Shown one piece after another: positions 39,662-49,389 of a stretch of DNA of 64,000 nt. The stretch spans positions 64,001 through 128,000 of the forward strand of contig JBKHIT010000001.1 of assembly GCA_046538485.1 (NCBI GenBank), written 5' to 3'. A model generated the notes under the pieces. That model ran no database searches. It saw only the letters and a list, made by a program, of their open reading frames with translations, and was not told where the DNA came from. The stretch is from Candidatus Brocadiia bacterium (GTDB lineage: Bacteria; Planctomycetota; Brocadiia; SM23-32). Numbering within the stretch: position 1 is the first letter of the stretch; the number at the start of each line of letters is the position of its first letter. The position numbers were made by a program, and so were the translations under genes.

Positions 39662-41152
39662 CTAATTCCATGTGCGGCCGCAGAACAACATGAGTATTGG
39701 CAATATTTCCAGTCTTCCGGCCAACATGCCGAAAATGTATGTTATTTTTATGAGGGGAGAGAGTTCCGTCATTTCCTGCACGGAAATATAACAGGGACCG
39801 ATATTCCCCAGAGCTGAGAACATACCCGAAGCCGAATTTAACGGCCCATGATGGGAAAGAAAAGCCGTAATGCCCGCCCCAATCGCTAAAAGAACGATCC
39901 AGCCAAAGAACAGTGCTGCGATCCGCCGTATTTCTTCTTCTTCGATTTGCTCGCCATCGACAAGGAGAAGATTAACCGTACGGCGGCTGTTCACCACCCG
40001 TCTCACCTGCCGCCAGATCATCTTCGCGAGAACACCGACCCTCATGACCTTCACCCCGCCCCCCGTCGAACCGACACATCCACCAATGACCATTAGTACC
40101 AAAAAGATTTGGCGTGACGCGGCAGGGTATCCGGCAATATTTTTCGTACCGTACCCCGTCGTTGTTCCAATCGAAACAACCTGAAAAAGTGAATGTCGAA
40201 AAGCCTCTTCCGGATTCGCAATATCGGATTGGATCCATAGTTCCAGTAAGATCAACGCCGTTGCGCCGAGCAGAATCAGCCACCAGAGTCTGACTTCCAG
40301 ATTGTCCCAGAGGCTCTTCACATCGCCGGTTACGAGGCGGTAATGCACAAAGAAGTTTGTTCCCCCTAACACCATTCCCAGAATTAAAATATACTCGATC
40401 CAGCGGAAGTTGGGGTGCCCGTTCTGCGCGTAATGGGCAATACTTGCGTCGTAGGGAGAGTACCCCCCGGTAGAGAGACAGGTAAAAGAATGTGTAATGG
40501 CGTCGAAAACGCTGGAACCTGCGATGACCAGAAGTGACGCAATCAAAAGCGTGAAAGCCCCATAAATCGTCCATAAAATCCGAAGTGTGCGGAACAAACT
40601 GGGAGCGGGACGTTTAGAAAATATCTTGTGGCTCTCCGCGCTGAAAAGACGGTGTGATTCCCCCCCGGCTCCGACGACCGTCAGAAAGAACGTCAATATC
40701 CCCAGCCCCCCCAACCACTGGATGAGCGCGCGCCAGAAAATGATGCTGTGAGCCATATTGTCCAGCCCGGTCAGCATCGTAATGCCGGTGGTGGTGAACC
40801 CACTGACTGTCTCAAAATAGGCGTCGAGATAGCTGACTCTCAGCACGAAACAGAATGGCAAAGCCCCCATCGCTGAAAGCACGATCCAGCCGAGTCCGCA
40901 AACCAGCATGGCCCCTCGACGATCGAGCGGCGCGGGCTCACCGTGTCCTGCCAGCATCCATCCTAAAATAACCGTGGCAACGGCCGGGGAGAGATAGTAA
41001 ATCGGGGGGACTTCCTGGTGACCCGCATATTTGTACATAAAAACGACAATCAGCGGGGTGAACATCAAAAATCCCAGAATCCACAACACCCCCCCCAGAT
41101 GGCGAACGACCGGCACAAACTGTCGGAATCTCTTGCGCATTCTCGCCGTCAA
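39662..41152 (-). CDS. trkH: Trk potassium uptake membrane subunit
   Basis: FETVSGFTTTG, QWLGGLG, LSTGGYS, GSTGGGVK, GNIGP, GRLEI. Confidence 0.95.
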   Translation of the reverse strand: MTARMRKRFRQFVPVVRHLGGVLWILGFLMFTPLIVVFMYKYAGHQEVPPIYYLSPAVATVILGWMLAGHGEPAPLDRRGAMLVCGLGWIVLSAMGALPFCFVLRVSYLDAYFETVSGFTTTGITMLTGLDNMAHSIIFWRALIQWLGGLGILTFFLTVVGAGGESHRLFSAESHKIFSKRPAPSLFRTLRILWTIYGAFTLLIASLLVIAGSSVFDAITHSFTCLSTGGYSPYDASIAHYAQNGHPNFRWIEYILILGMVLGGTNFFVHYRLVTGDVKSLWDNLEVRLWWLILLGATALILLELWIQSDIANPEEAFRHSLFQVVSIGTTTGYGTKNIAGYPAASRQIFLVLMVIGGCVGSTGGGVKVMRVGVLAKMIWRQVRRVVNSRRTVNLLLVDGEQIEEEEIRRIAALFFGWIVLLAIGAGITAFLSHHGPLNSASGMFSALGNIGPCYISVQEMTELSPLIKITYIFGMLAGRLEILPILMLFCGRTWN

Positions 41153-41321
41153 GTACCGGAAAACGGAGGCTTAAAGCAAAACCGTGCGTCGGGAAAATAG
41201 TCCCGTCACATACCTTCGGAATCGCCGTACACTCGCAAGATAACGCGGGAACACAAGTTCGCGCAAGCGAAGCCCCTGAAAGGCGTGCCTTTCTGGAAGC
41301 TGCACCTGCCAGAAATTTCCC

Positions 41322-41594
41322 TCAAAAGTCCCGAACATTACCCTGATGGGTCATTTCGACGAAAATCGGTTCCAGAACCGTGGTCATTGCCCCGCCAAAA
41401 ATTGTCGAACACTGCTTTTTGAAGGCTTCAAATGCCTCTTTGACCTCAGCTCTTTCCTGGTTGCCGTAGGGCAGGTTCTCACCCACGCGACACGGACCTT
41501 CATGGCCGTGATCGTGTATAAATCGAGAAAACACAGGTTTTATTCGCACTTTAACGGTTTGCGGATGAAGCACCTCAGGCACCATATCTTTCAC
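41322..41594 (-). pseudogene. Probable N-terminal fragment of a fucose/arabinose-isomerase-like protein
   Basis: VRIKPVFSRFIH..HEGPCR resembles the N-terminus of long sugar-isomerase-like proteins; only 90 aa present. Confidence 0.4.
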
Positions 41595-41795
41595 TCCTTT
41601 TTCGCAATCGGGTGATTTTCAATCACGCAGGCGTAGAGTCGTATAATTATGGAAGCGTTTGCGAGCTCCAGCTCTGGCAAGCGACCACCATCGAACAAAA
41701 ATCCACTCATTTTAGAGCAAACTTTTATCTCTCAGTTCAACACGTACTCTTATCGGATTTGTCTTTTTCTTGCCGGACCGAAAACAGCGACATCG

Positions 41796-42323
41796 CTATA
41801 TCTTTTTCTTCTCAAACAAAGCAAAAAGCAGGAGAAAAAGCACAACGAGTACGGGAATAACAAACCAGGGCGAAATCGCGAGGGCGCCCGGCAGCGTAAC
41901 CTTGCCGTATGTCCCCCAGGTCAGCACGCTTTGCTTCATGGCGGGATAAATTTCTGCGTAAATTGCAGCTCCCACCAGCATGCCGAGTATCGCCCAAACG
42001 GCATGCCAGCGGCCCTCTCCCACGGCGCCGACCGAAGTGCCAGGACAGTAGCCCATGACAGCCCACCCTGCGCCAAACAAAAGACCGCCGATAATGTTGG
42101 CTCCAACGTATGCAGCCTTCACTTTTAACTCTACAACGCCGGCACTCACGAGCAAATTGATGCCGATCATTCCGACGATAATTGCCGACAGCATAAACTT
42201 AAGGATAGTCATATCCTTGAGCAACATCGCGCCGACCTGTTTCTCGAAACGCAGCACGCGTCCCTGCTGCAGCAAAGCACCAAACACGACTCCCGTTACA
42301 AGACCAAGAAGTAACTCAGTCAT
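41796..42323 (-). CDS. YeeE/YedE sulfur transporter family protein
   Basis: GGLLFGAGWAVMGYCPGTS; ATG 42323 overlaps the upstream gene. Confidence 0.9.
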   Translation of the reverse strand: MTELLLGLVTGVVFGALLQQGRVLRFEKQVGAMLLKDMTILKFMLSAIIVGMIGINLLVSAGVVELKVKAAYVGANIIGGLLFGAGWAVMGYCPGTSVGAVGEGRWHAVWAILGMLVGAAIYAEIYPAMKQSVLTWGTYGKVTLPGALAISPWFVIPVLVVLFLLLFALFEKKKI

Positions 42324-42870
42324 TTTGCCTCTCCTCCCTTCCTGACCTGTAGATAAGATTCGCCACAACCACACCTGCTCCGAAAAATCCCGCCATCGCG
42401 ATGAACCCACTGATCGACAATTGCATTAAGCCGCTGAGTCCGTGGCCGCTGGGACAACCACCGGCCAAACGCGCCCCGATCATGCTTACAATGCCGCCAA
42501 GGAACGCCCCGATTGCCCGGACAGCGACCTTGTTGCCGAACCTGTCTGACCAAATCGGCGGAACTTTCTCCGGCTTGAAACTTCTGTCGATCAGTGAGGC
42601 CACAAAAGCTCCTATCAGAATTCCAATGACAAGCATGAACTGCCAGTTCACCTCCACCTTTTTCGATTGATAGTAAGCATTGTCCTCAACGTGCTCTTGA
42701 GCAACAGTTTTTTCGACGAGCCCCGCTGACCGAACAAATGTTGTCGATGCCCCAAGATACTTCGGTTTACCAAGCATCTTTGTGGACACAAAGACGGATG
42801 CAACGGCCAACAAACCGACGAGAGCGCCAGCCACATACGGTCTCCATGATTTTACCTTTACCATCTCCAA
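42316..42870 (-). CDS. YeeE/YedE sulfur transporter family protein
   Basis: WRPYVAG, GARLAGGCPSGHGLSG. Confidence 0.9.
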   Translation of the reverse strand: MEMVKVKSWRPYVAGALVGLLAVASVFVSTKMLGKPKYLGASTTFVRSAGLVEKTVAQEHVEDNAYYQSKKVEVNWQFMLVIGILIGAFVASLIDRSFKPEKVPPIWSDRFGNKVAVRAIGAFLGGIVSMIGARLAGGCPSGHGLSGLMQLSISGFIAMAGFFGAGVVVANLIYRSGREERQND

Positions 42871-43313
42871 ACCTCCTTTCTTTTTATCTTGTCCGGATAT
42901 TCAGTATGAGGATTTGACGCAGTCAATACAAGTGGAGTTTGAACGCTGACCAACCGTTACGCAGAAACTACCGGGGGCCCGATGCTCCGGAGAAAAAACC
43001 GAGATAGCTTTTCCTCGGACATTTGGTGGATAACATTCTTCCCAACATCGTCATCGCAGTGATTGTCCAATCCGCGATGGACCGGATATGTGGGTTGCAT
43101 TACCGAAAATGCCTTCTATCGCATCATCTCTCACCTGCTCTCTACACATCCGCCTCGCATATTTCGTCACCCGTCGCCAGCCTGGCAGACCGCTCCGTTT
43201 TCACAGTGAAAAGGGCGCCGAAATCCATTAGACTCTTCCGTTCTGTCAAGAAGGCGAGAGAGGATAGTTCCTGTGATCGTCCGAAATCACTGCAACTCTA
43301 TTCAGTGGCAAAA

Positions 43314-44306
43314 ATGGAAAAAAGAAAACTGGGAAAAACTGACCTTGAGGTAACACGATTATCTTTCGGAGGACTCTTCGTTTCATCGGTAGGCGGGAAA
43401 TTCGAACAGGCACGGGAAGCTCTCCTGCGCGGACTCGATCTGGGCGTCAACTATATCGACACGGCCCCGAGTTACGCCAACAGCGAGGAAGTCATCGGAA
43501 AGGCCCTGGCCGATGAAGATGTCAAATTCTACCTATCAACGAAGCTTGGCGGCCGCCCGGACCCATTCGAGCCACGTAACAAGGACCACCTGCGACAGAG
43601 CCTTGAGGAAAGTCTTCGGCTTCTGGGCCGCGACCATATTGATGTTTTGTTTGTACATGAACCTGATCGGCCCGGGATGTATGACTGGTTCGAGAGCTGG
43701 AACCCCGTCGAGGGGCCGGTCTGCGATTTTCTGGAAGAAGTAAAAGACGAAGGTCTTGTGCGGCACACCGGTCTCGGCGGCACAACGGCTTACGAGCTGG
43801 CGTACATCATGGAACACGGCACGTTCGATGTCGTTCTCACGGCTTTCAACTACAGCATCCTCTGGCAGGAAGCAAAGCACGGAATCATTCCGACCGCGAA
43901 AGAGAAAGGCATGGGGGTAGTAGCCGGTTCTCCCCTGCAACAGGGGTGGTTCGCGCGGCGCTACGATGATATCGTAGAAAACGATCCGCCGCCCTGGCTT
44001 TCTCCGCAGCGTCGGGGACAACTGCTTCGGTTGTATTCTCTGCTTGACGAAATCGATATGCCGCTTCCGGAACTGGCGCTCCGTTTTGCGCTTTCAAATC
44101 CCGATATCGATACGGTTCTGATGGGCGCCCGCAATACCAGCGAAGTGGAACAGAACGTCCAGTCGGCCGAGGACGGAACACTACCAGACGACATTCTCGC
44201 TGCGGTGCAAGAGATCGCCGCCATGGTCCCATTCCGCCCCTGGGAGGAACCCGCCGGATGCCGGCTCCGCGATCCCAATTACCGGGGGACCGGACGAATG
44301 CGCTGA
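43314..44306 (+). CDS. Aldo/keto reductase
   Basis: MEKRKLGKT, YIDTAPSY..SEEVIG, STK, SLRLLG..ID...VH. Confidence 0.92.
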   Translation: MEKRKLGKTDLEVTRLSFGGLFVSSVGGKFEQAREALLRGLDLGVNYIDTAPSYANSEEVIGKALADEDVKFYLSTKLGGRPDPFEPRNKDHLRQSLEESLRLLGRDHIDVLFVHEPDRPGMYDWFESWNPVEGPVCDFLEEVKDEGLVRHTGLGGTTAYELAYIMEHGTFDVVLTAFNYSILWQEAKHGIIPTAKEKGMGVVAGSPLQQGWFARRYDDIVENDPPPWLSPQRRGQLLRLYSLLDEIDMPLPELALRFALSNPDIDTVLMGARNTSEVEQNVQSAEDGTLPDDILAAVQEIAAMVPFRPWEEPAGCRLRDPNYRGTGRMR

Positions 44307-44333
44307 TTCACCCGATGAGACAAAGGAGCCCCC

Positions 44334-45356
44334 ATGAGAGCTGCTGTTGTACCTGAACATGGCAAACTGGAATTGCAAGAGGTCCCTGAGCCGCAACCGA
44401 CTCCCTACGATTGCATGGTCGAGATCGACGCCTGTGCAGTATGCACCGGAACCGATACAAACATTATTTTCGGAAATTTCCCGTGGTTGGTCGAACCGCC
44501 CTTTATCCTCGGCCACGAATCCACCGGCCTGATTGTTGAACGGGGCGAAAAAGTGGAAAACTTCGAGCTCGGCCAGCGCGTCACACGCGCCGCAGGTATC
44601 TTCCCCGGCGAGCGTGTTGAGGGTATCGGAAGTAACTGGGGAGGATTCGCCGAACTGGGACTGGTCCGAGACACCGAAGCCGCCCGAAAGGCTGGAATTG
44701 AAGTAACCCCCATGATGGCAAACAGCCGACGCCCTATTCCACCGGACGTCGATCCGGTCAGCGGCGCGCTCTCCGTTAATCTCCGGGAAATACTGTCGGT
44801 TGCTACCCGGCTCGATTTTGACGAAAACAGCCGGGTTGTAATCATTGGCTCCGGGTACAACGGCATGTTGTTTTCACTCTACGCCAAACTCTGCGGTGCC
44901 GGGAAAATCGTAATGGTCGGCAACTCGGAAAGAGCATTGTTGGCAGAAAAAAGTTTCGGGGCCGACGACCTCACCGATTATCGCCTTCCAAATACCCCGG
45001 AAATTGTGGCAGATCTTCTTGATGCCGATCCCACGCTGGTAATCGACGCCGTCGGGAAAGTTCAATCAGTCAAACTCGCCGGACAGTTGCTGGGCTCTGA
45101 TAGTGCCTTCGGACGTTACGGTTTGCACGAACACGAAGCGATACAGCCTCATCTTGCGGAATTGGAAAACAATTACGAAACAGTCGATCTCAGCACCAAC
45201 GAAGTGGCCGCCACCGACCGGTGGTATGAACTCTGGGAAGAAGGATTTTACGAGCGAGAAGGCATTTGTGACGGAACCATAAGCCTGGATCAGATCACCG
45301 ATGCTTTTGAGAAACTCGCCCGCCGCGAGGCTATGAAACTGGTCGTCACAATGTGA
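44334..45356 (+). CDS. Zinc-binding MDR-family dehydrogenase
   Basis: AVCTGTD, ILGHESTG, IGSGYNG. Confidence 0.88.
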   Translation: MRAAVVPEHGKLELQEVPEPQPTPYDCMVEIDACAVCTGTDTNIIFGNFPWLVEPPFILGHESTGLIVERGEKVENFELGQRVTRAAGIFPGERVEGIGSNWGGFAELGLVRDTEAARKAGIEVTPMMANSRRPIPPDVDPVSGALSVNLREILSVATRLDFDENSRVVIIGSGYNGMLFSLYAKLCGAGKIVMVGNSERALLAEKSFGADDLTDYRLPNTPEIVADLLDADPTLVIDAVGKVQSVKLAGQLLGSDSAFGRYGLHEHEAIQPHLAELENNYETVDLSTNEVAATDRWYELWEEGFYEREGICDGTISLDQITDAFEKLARREAMKLVVTM

Positions 45357-45357
45357 A

Positions 45358-46290
45358 ATGTCCGATCAAATGAAATCAAAAATGTTCTGGCTACTGGTGA
45401 TTTGCGTCGCTCTCCTGCTGCTTCCAGTGCCGGGGTGTATCTTCTACAATGCCTGGGCGGAAAATGTGCTGGAAAAACGCATGGAAAGCCTGGAGCGCAA
45501 CGAGGACGGCATAATCAAAAGCGCGGAACCAATCCGCATCGAACGGGGCCGGGACCGGGTTTGCCTTCTTTTGCACGGATTCATGAGTTCGCCATCCATC
45601 TTCGGCCGGCTCCCCGAGGCACTCGATCACCACGGCTGGGACGTGTGCGCTCCGCTCCTGCCGGGGCACGGCACGAACCCCCGTGAACTCAAGTCCACCA
45701 CCGCCGAAGACCTGGTCCAAAATCCCGCTTCGACCCTTGCCAAATTGAAAAAAGAATACTCTAACGTCGTAGTCATCGGGATGAGTATCGGAGGGGCTAT
45801 TGCTGTTCATCTCGCGGCAAAATCCGATTTTGACGGCCTGGTTTTGATTAACCCCTATTTTGCCTCCACATACTGCCTGGCCTACGTCCTGCCGCCTCGA
45901 TGGTGGCACACCATTCTGGCTCCTTTCCTTAAATGGACCGTTCGGCCAAAACGGGTCTGTCACGTCAATCGCCCGGAAGGGAAAAAAGAGGTCTTCAACT
46001 ATCGTGTCCTGCCAACCAAAGTCTATGCCGAACTGTTCAAGGTCTCAGACTCAGCAAAGAAAAAGGCCCCGCGGGATATACCCACTCTGATCGCTGTATC
46101 AAATGGCGATCATACCGCTTCACCCAGAGCAACCCGCCGATATTTCAAGAACCTTGAAATCACAACCAAAAAACTCCAGGCTTACGATCATTCCGATCAC
46201 CTGCTGCTCGTCGATAACGACCGAGAAAAAACTATCCAGGACATTGCCAACTTCCTCAGTTCATTGCCGTGCGAGGAGAAATCGCCGTGA
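45358..46290 (+). CDS. Alpha/beta hydrolase (carboxylesterase-like) with N-terminal anchor
   Basis: LLHGF, LPGHGT, GMSIGG nucleophile, D and H of the triad. Confidence 0.9.
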   Translation: MSDQMKSKMFWLLVICVALLLLPVPGCIFYNAWAENVLEKRMESLERNEDGIIKSAEPIRIERGRDRVCLLLHGFMSSPSIFGRLPEALDHHGWDVCAPLLPGHGTNPRELKSTTAEDLVQNPASTLAKLKKEYSNVVVIGMSIGGAIAVHLAAKSDFDGLVLINPYFASTYCLAYVLPPRWWHTILAPFLKWTVRPKRVCHVNRPEGKKEVFNYRVLPTKVYAELFKVSDSAKKKAPRDIPTLIAVSNGDHTASPRATRRYFKNLEITTKKLQAYDHSDHLLLVDNDREKTIQDIANFLSSLPCEEKSP

Positions 46291-47237
46291 CCACGCCCGT
46301 CTTTAAGCTCGTCACTGACACTCCCCTTCTGGATCTATCTGCCGTTCCCTGGACCCAGCCAAAACGGGTCGTCAAAAGCAACGATATCCCTGAGAACGCC
46401 AGAGAAGTCCGCTCCACAATCATGCATCCGTCCGTCATCGAAGCCGGACGATATCTGAACGATCCGCCCGCACGATATCTGATGTACTACGCCCCCCACC
46501 ACAGTCCTGGAATCGGAGCCGCAGCCAGCGATAAGCTCGAAGGGCCCTGGGAACCTCTCGAAGAAAACCCCATTCTGCACCTCGAGGACTGTGGCGGGAT
46601 TCATGGTCATATCAGCGGGCCGGATGTCATCTGGATGCCCGAAACCGAAAGGTTCAGAATGTATTTCCATGGATCGGTGCCTGAGGCCGGACAACAATCG
46701 GGAGTGGCGGCCAGCGCTGACGGGATCCATTTCGAGACATTGCGCAACGAACCAATCCTCACAAAACCCTATTTAAGAGTCTTCCGAAAAGCGGGCGATT
46801 TTTACGGCGTTTGCCGCTTCGGACGGAATCTGGGCCTCGTCCGATCCCCTGACGGATTGACCTGGGAAGAATGGCCGAACGGCCTGTTGCTTGAGACAGG
46901 AGAGAAACAGGAGGAGTTTGACCGACTTCGTCACCACTGTCTCTGGATCGAAGGAACTACGCTCTACGTCTTCTACTGCACCTACCGCGACCCCGAATGC
47001 CGGCTCGAAACCATACGCGCAGCCGTGATGTCAATCGAAGGCGACTGGCAAAATTGGGATAAACCACAGCGCCTCGGCGATGTCATCCGTCCGGAACTCG
47101 AATGGGAAAGCAACAATATCCGGGATCCGTACCTGATCGAGGCGGGAGGAAGACTTTACATGTTCTATGTCGGCGGGAACGAAACTGGCATAAGCCTCGC
47201 CATCGCCAAAGACGGCCCCGAAACCTGGTCGCGCTGA
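46287..47237 (+). CDS. Five-bladed beta-propeller glycosidase-like protein
   Basis: HPSVI, YLMYYAPH, HISGPDV, RMYFHG, IRDPYL; GTG overlaps the upstream stop. Confidence 0.7.
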   Translation: MTTPVFKLVTDTPLLDLSAVPWTQPKRVVKSNDIPENAREVRSTIMHPSVIEAGRYLNDPPARYLMYYAPHHSPGIGAAASDKLEGPWEPLEENPILHLEDCGGIHGHISGPDVIWMPETERFRMYFHGSVPEAGQQSGVAASADGIHFETLRNEPILTKPYLRVFRKAGDFYGVCRFGRNLGLVRSPDGLTWEEWPNGLLLETGEKQEEFDRLRHHCLWIEGTTLYVFYCTYRDPECRLETIRAAVMSIEGDWQNWDKPQRLGDVIRPELEWESNNIRDPYLIEAGGRLYMFYVGGNETGISLAIAKDGPETWSR

Positions 47238-47281
47238 CCGCCGGCGATGATCGCGTGACACTACTTCGCATTTCCCAACGT

Positions 47282-47392
47282 TTGTCCGCCTCAAGTCCAG
47301 TTTCGCCCGCCGCTGGCGCGCTCAGCTGAACTCGAGTCTCAATCCCCCCGAGCGGGCTGGACTTCAGCCAGCGGCTGGAGTTCAGAACGCGG
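47282..47392. repeat. REP-like unit pair
   Basis: CCGCCTCAAGTCC..GCTCAGCTGAACTCGAGTCT then GGCTGGACTTCAGCC..GGCTGGAGTTCAGAACGCG; both recur elsewhere in the window. Confidence 0.8.
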
Positions 47393-47636
47393 TGCATAAA
47401 CCCAACGGTTCACTAACAAAACAGTCAACAATTGACAGCAGGTCACGCAGGGAGATCTATCCTGCTATGAACCATTGCCACGAAACCGCGGATGCCAACC
47501 GATGCGCCGTCATAGTAGTGCAAGCATCTTGCTTGCAACTTTTCCGTTATTCTGCCAGAAGAGATCAGGTCAATTATCCGAACTCCATCTGTGACAGGCA
47601 GGAGTACCTGTTTAGCCCGGAGATACCCCTTCGTGG

Positions 47637-47741
47637 GTCATTGCGAGTCCATCGCGAGATGGGCGAAGCAATCTGGTCGTTTTTTCAGCCCAACAGCGAG
47701 ATTGCCGCGGCGTCCCACAGCGCGGAACGCCTCGCAATGAC
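47637..47741. repeat. GTCATTGCGAG..CTCGCAATGAC palindromic element
   Basis: Terminal inverted repeats with internal GCAATCT/GAGATTGC stem; related copies at 23624, 49325, 54889, 61594. Confidence 0.85.
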
Positions 47742-47784
47742 ATGTGAGCGCGGATGGCTGATGTAGGGCACGCTAAATGCATAC

Positions 47785-47893
47785 GCCCTGAAAGGGCAGC
47801 ATATAACAGCCCGGGGTGCTGAGGGCTGAAAGCCCTCGGAGCCCTGGGATTATGAGTGTGGAGAAAAAAAGTGGGCTGAAGGCCCACCACAAA
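47785..47893. repeat. GCCCTGAAAGGGC-type palindromic element
   Basis: Near-identical copy at 61215-61323, partial copy at about 55336-55407. Confidence 0.85.
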
Positions 47894-48288
47894 ACGACGA
47901 AAGATAACGGCACAACAGCGCCCCCCCAGCAAGGGGGATTCTTGGACAGACGTGCCTGCCATTTAAAATCTCGTTCGCATTGGCATACCCCCTTTCAGGT
48001 AGTCCACCGCCACTCGCGATCGCCGCACTCCAGAGCCGGCTGGCGCCGGCGGGGTTCATGCACGACCCGGTGCTGATACGATTGGCCGGCACGGAGCATA
48101 TTCCGTTCCGGAAAAAACAACAACGACTCCGGGCCTGACGCCCCGGTCCACAGGCTGGAGAGCCTGTGCTACAGGGTTTTTTTAGCCGTCCTGTCTCCTG
48201 ACTTTCGACCCCTGCGGCCTACCATCTTGACATATGTCATTTCAGGTATACTGGCCCACATTATTACTTTTATGTCAAGAGGAGCCAA

Positions 48289-48962
48289 ATGTCTTACCGT
48301 AATTTGAAGTTGGAAGCACTTGATCGTCTCAAAATGAAATCCCGGGAAGGGCAGTTCATCACCGATCTTCGTAATGGTCTGGAGTGTTCTCCCTTTGAAG
48401 CCGATATCATCATGGATATGGTCGAGGAAACCTTTTTGCCTCTATGGGATCATACGGCCATTCGGGTTCCTGAAGGTCGAATCTCGCTGATATCGACCAC
48501 CAGATCGTCAACGAAAATCATAGAGACAAAATCGTTCGTATAGCCAAAAGGTTGTGTGAGCAGGCATATGAGCAAGGAGAGCTTCTCACCAGTGCCGATC
48601 TGTCGCTTTTGATTGGATACGACCGTGCCTATATTTCAGGATGTATCGCCGAGGAGGAAAGAAAAACTGGCGAGCTTATTCCACGCCGGGCAAACATTCA
48701 CGATATGGGCAGTGGTCTTACCCATAAACGAATTATCTGTCTGTATCGATACCGCGATGGTCTCTGCGCCACCGAAATAGCAAAACGCACCAATCATGAT
48801 GATGAATCAGTCAACAATTACCTCAGTAGTTTCAAACGTGTTCGACATCTTTTGCAGAAAGGCATTTCTGCCGATCAGATTCCTCAAATACTCGGAATGA
48901 GCAGCAACCTGGTCCACGAATATATTCATATCTATGAGGAGCTGGAGAATGATGATGCTTGA
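48289..48962 (+). pseudogene. DUF1670-like gene, frameshifted (probable internal deletion near 48490)
   Basis: Frame 1 ..CSPFEADII..PEGRISLI; second frame ..RIAKRLCEQAYEQGELLTSADL..RRANIHDMGSGLTHKRII plus two HTH-like segments; AGGAG RBS. Confidence 0.75.
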
Positions 48963-49389
48963 CACACATAAAGAAACATATAAAGCTGTGAGCACCTGTT
49001 GGGAGGATAGGGCTCTGCTGAGGAGCAACCTGAGCGCCCGGCAGGAGCTGAAGCATCGGAGGGGGCATCAGTTACAAACGGTGCCCCTTTCACAACCAAC
49101 CGATGCTTTAGCCCCAAAGCGAAAAACCTGCCGTTTTTCTTTCAGAAGCCAGCTTGGAGCCAAGAACACCTTAAAACGCCACCATTCACCTCTCGTGACA
49201 TATGTCAACATCTTGTCCCGTGGGTGAAGAAGATTGAGGCGAGGCATTCGCGCGTTCAGCACGACAGGCATCCTACATGGTACAGTGTTTAGCGCGCGTT
49301 ACACTCATTCATTCAGGTCTACATGTCATTGCGAGGCGTTCCGCGTAACGGGACCGGCGGATCTGCCAGCGGCAATCCGCTCCGCTCCC

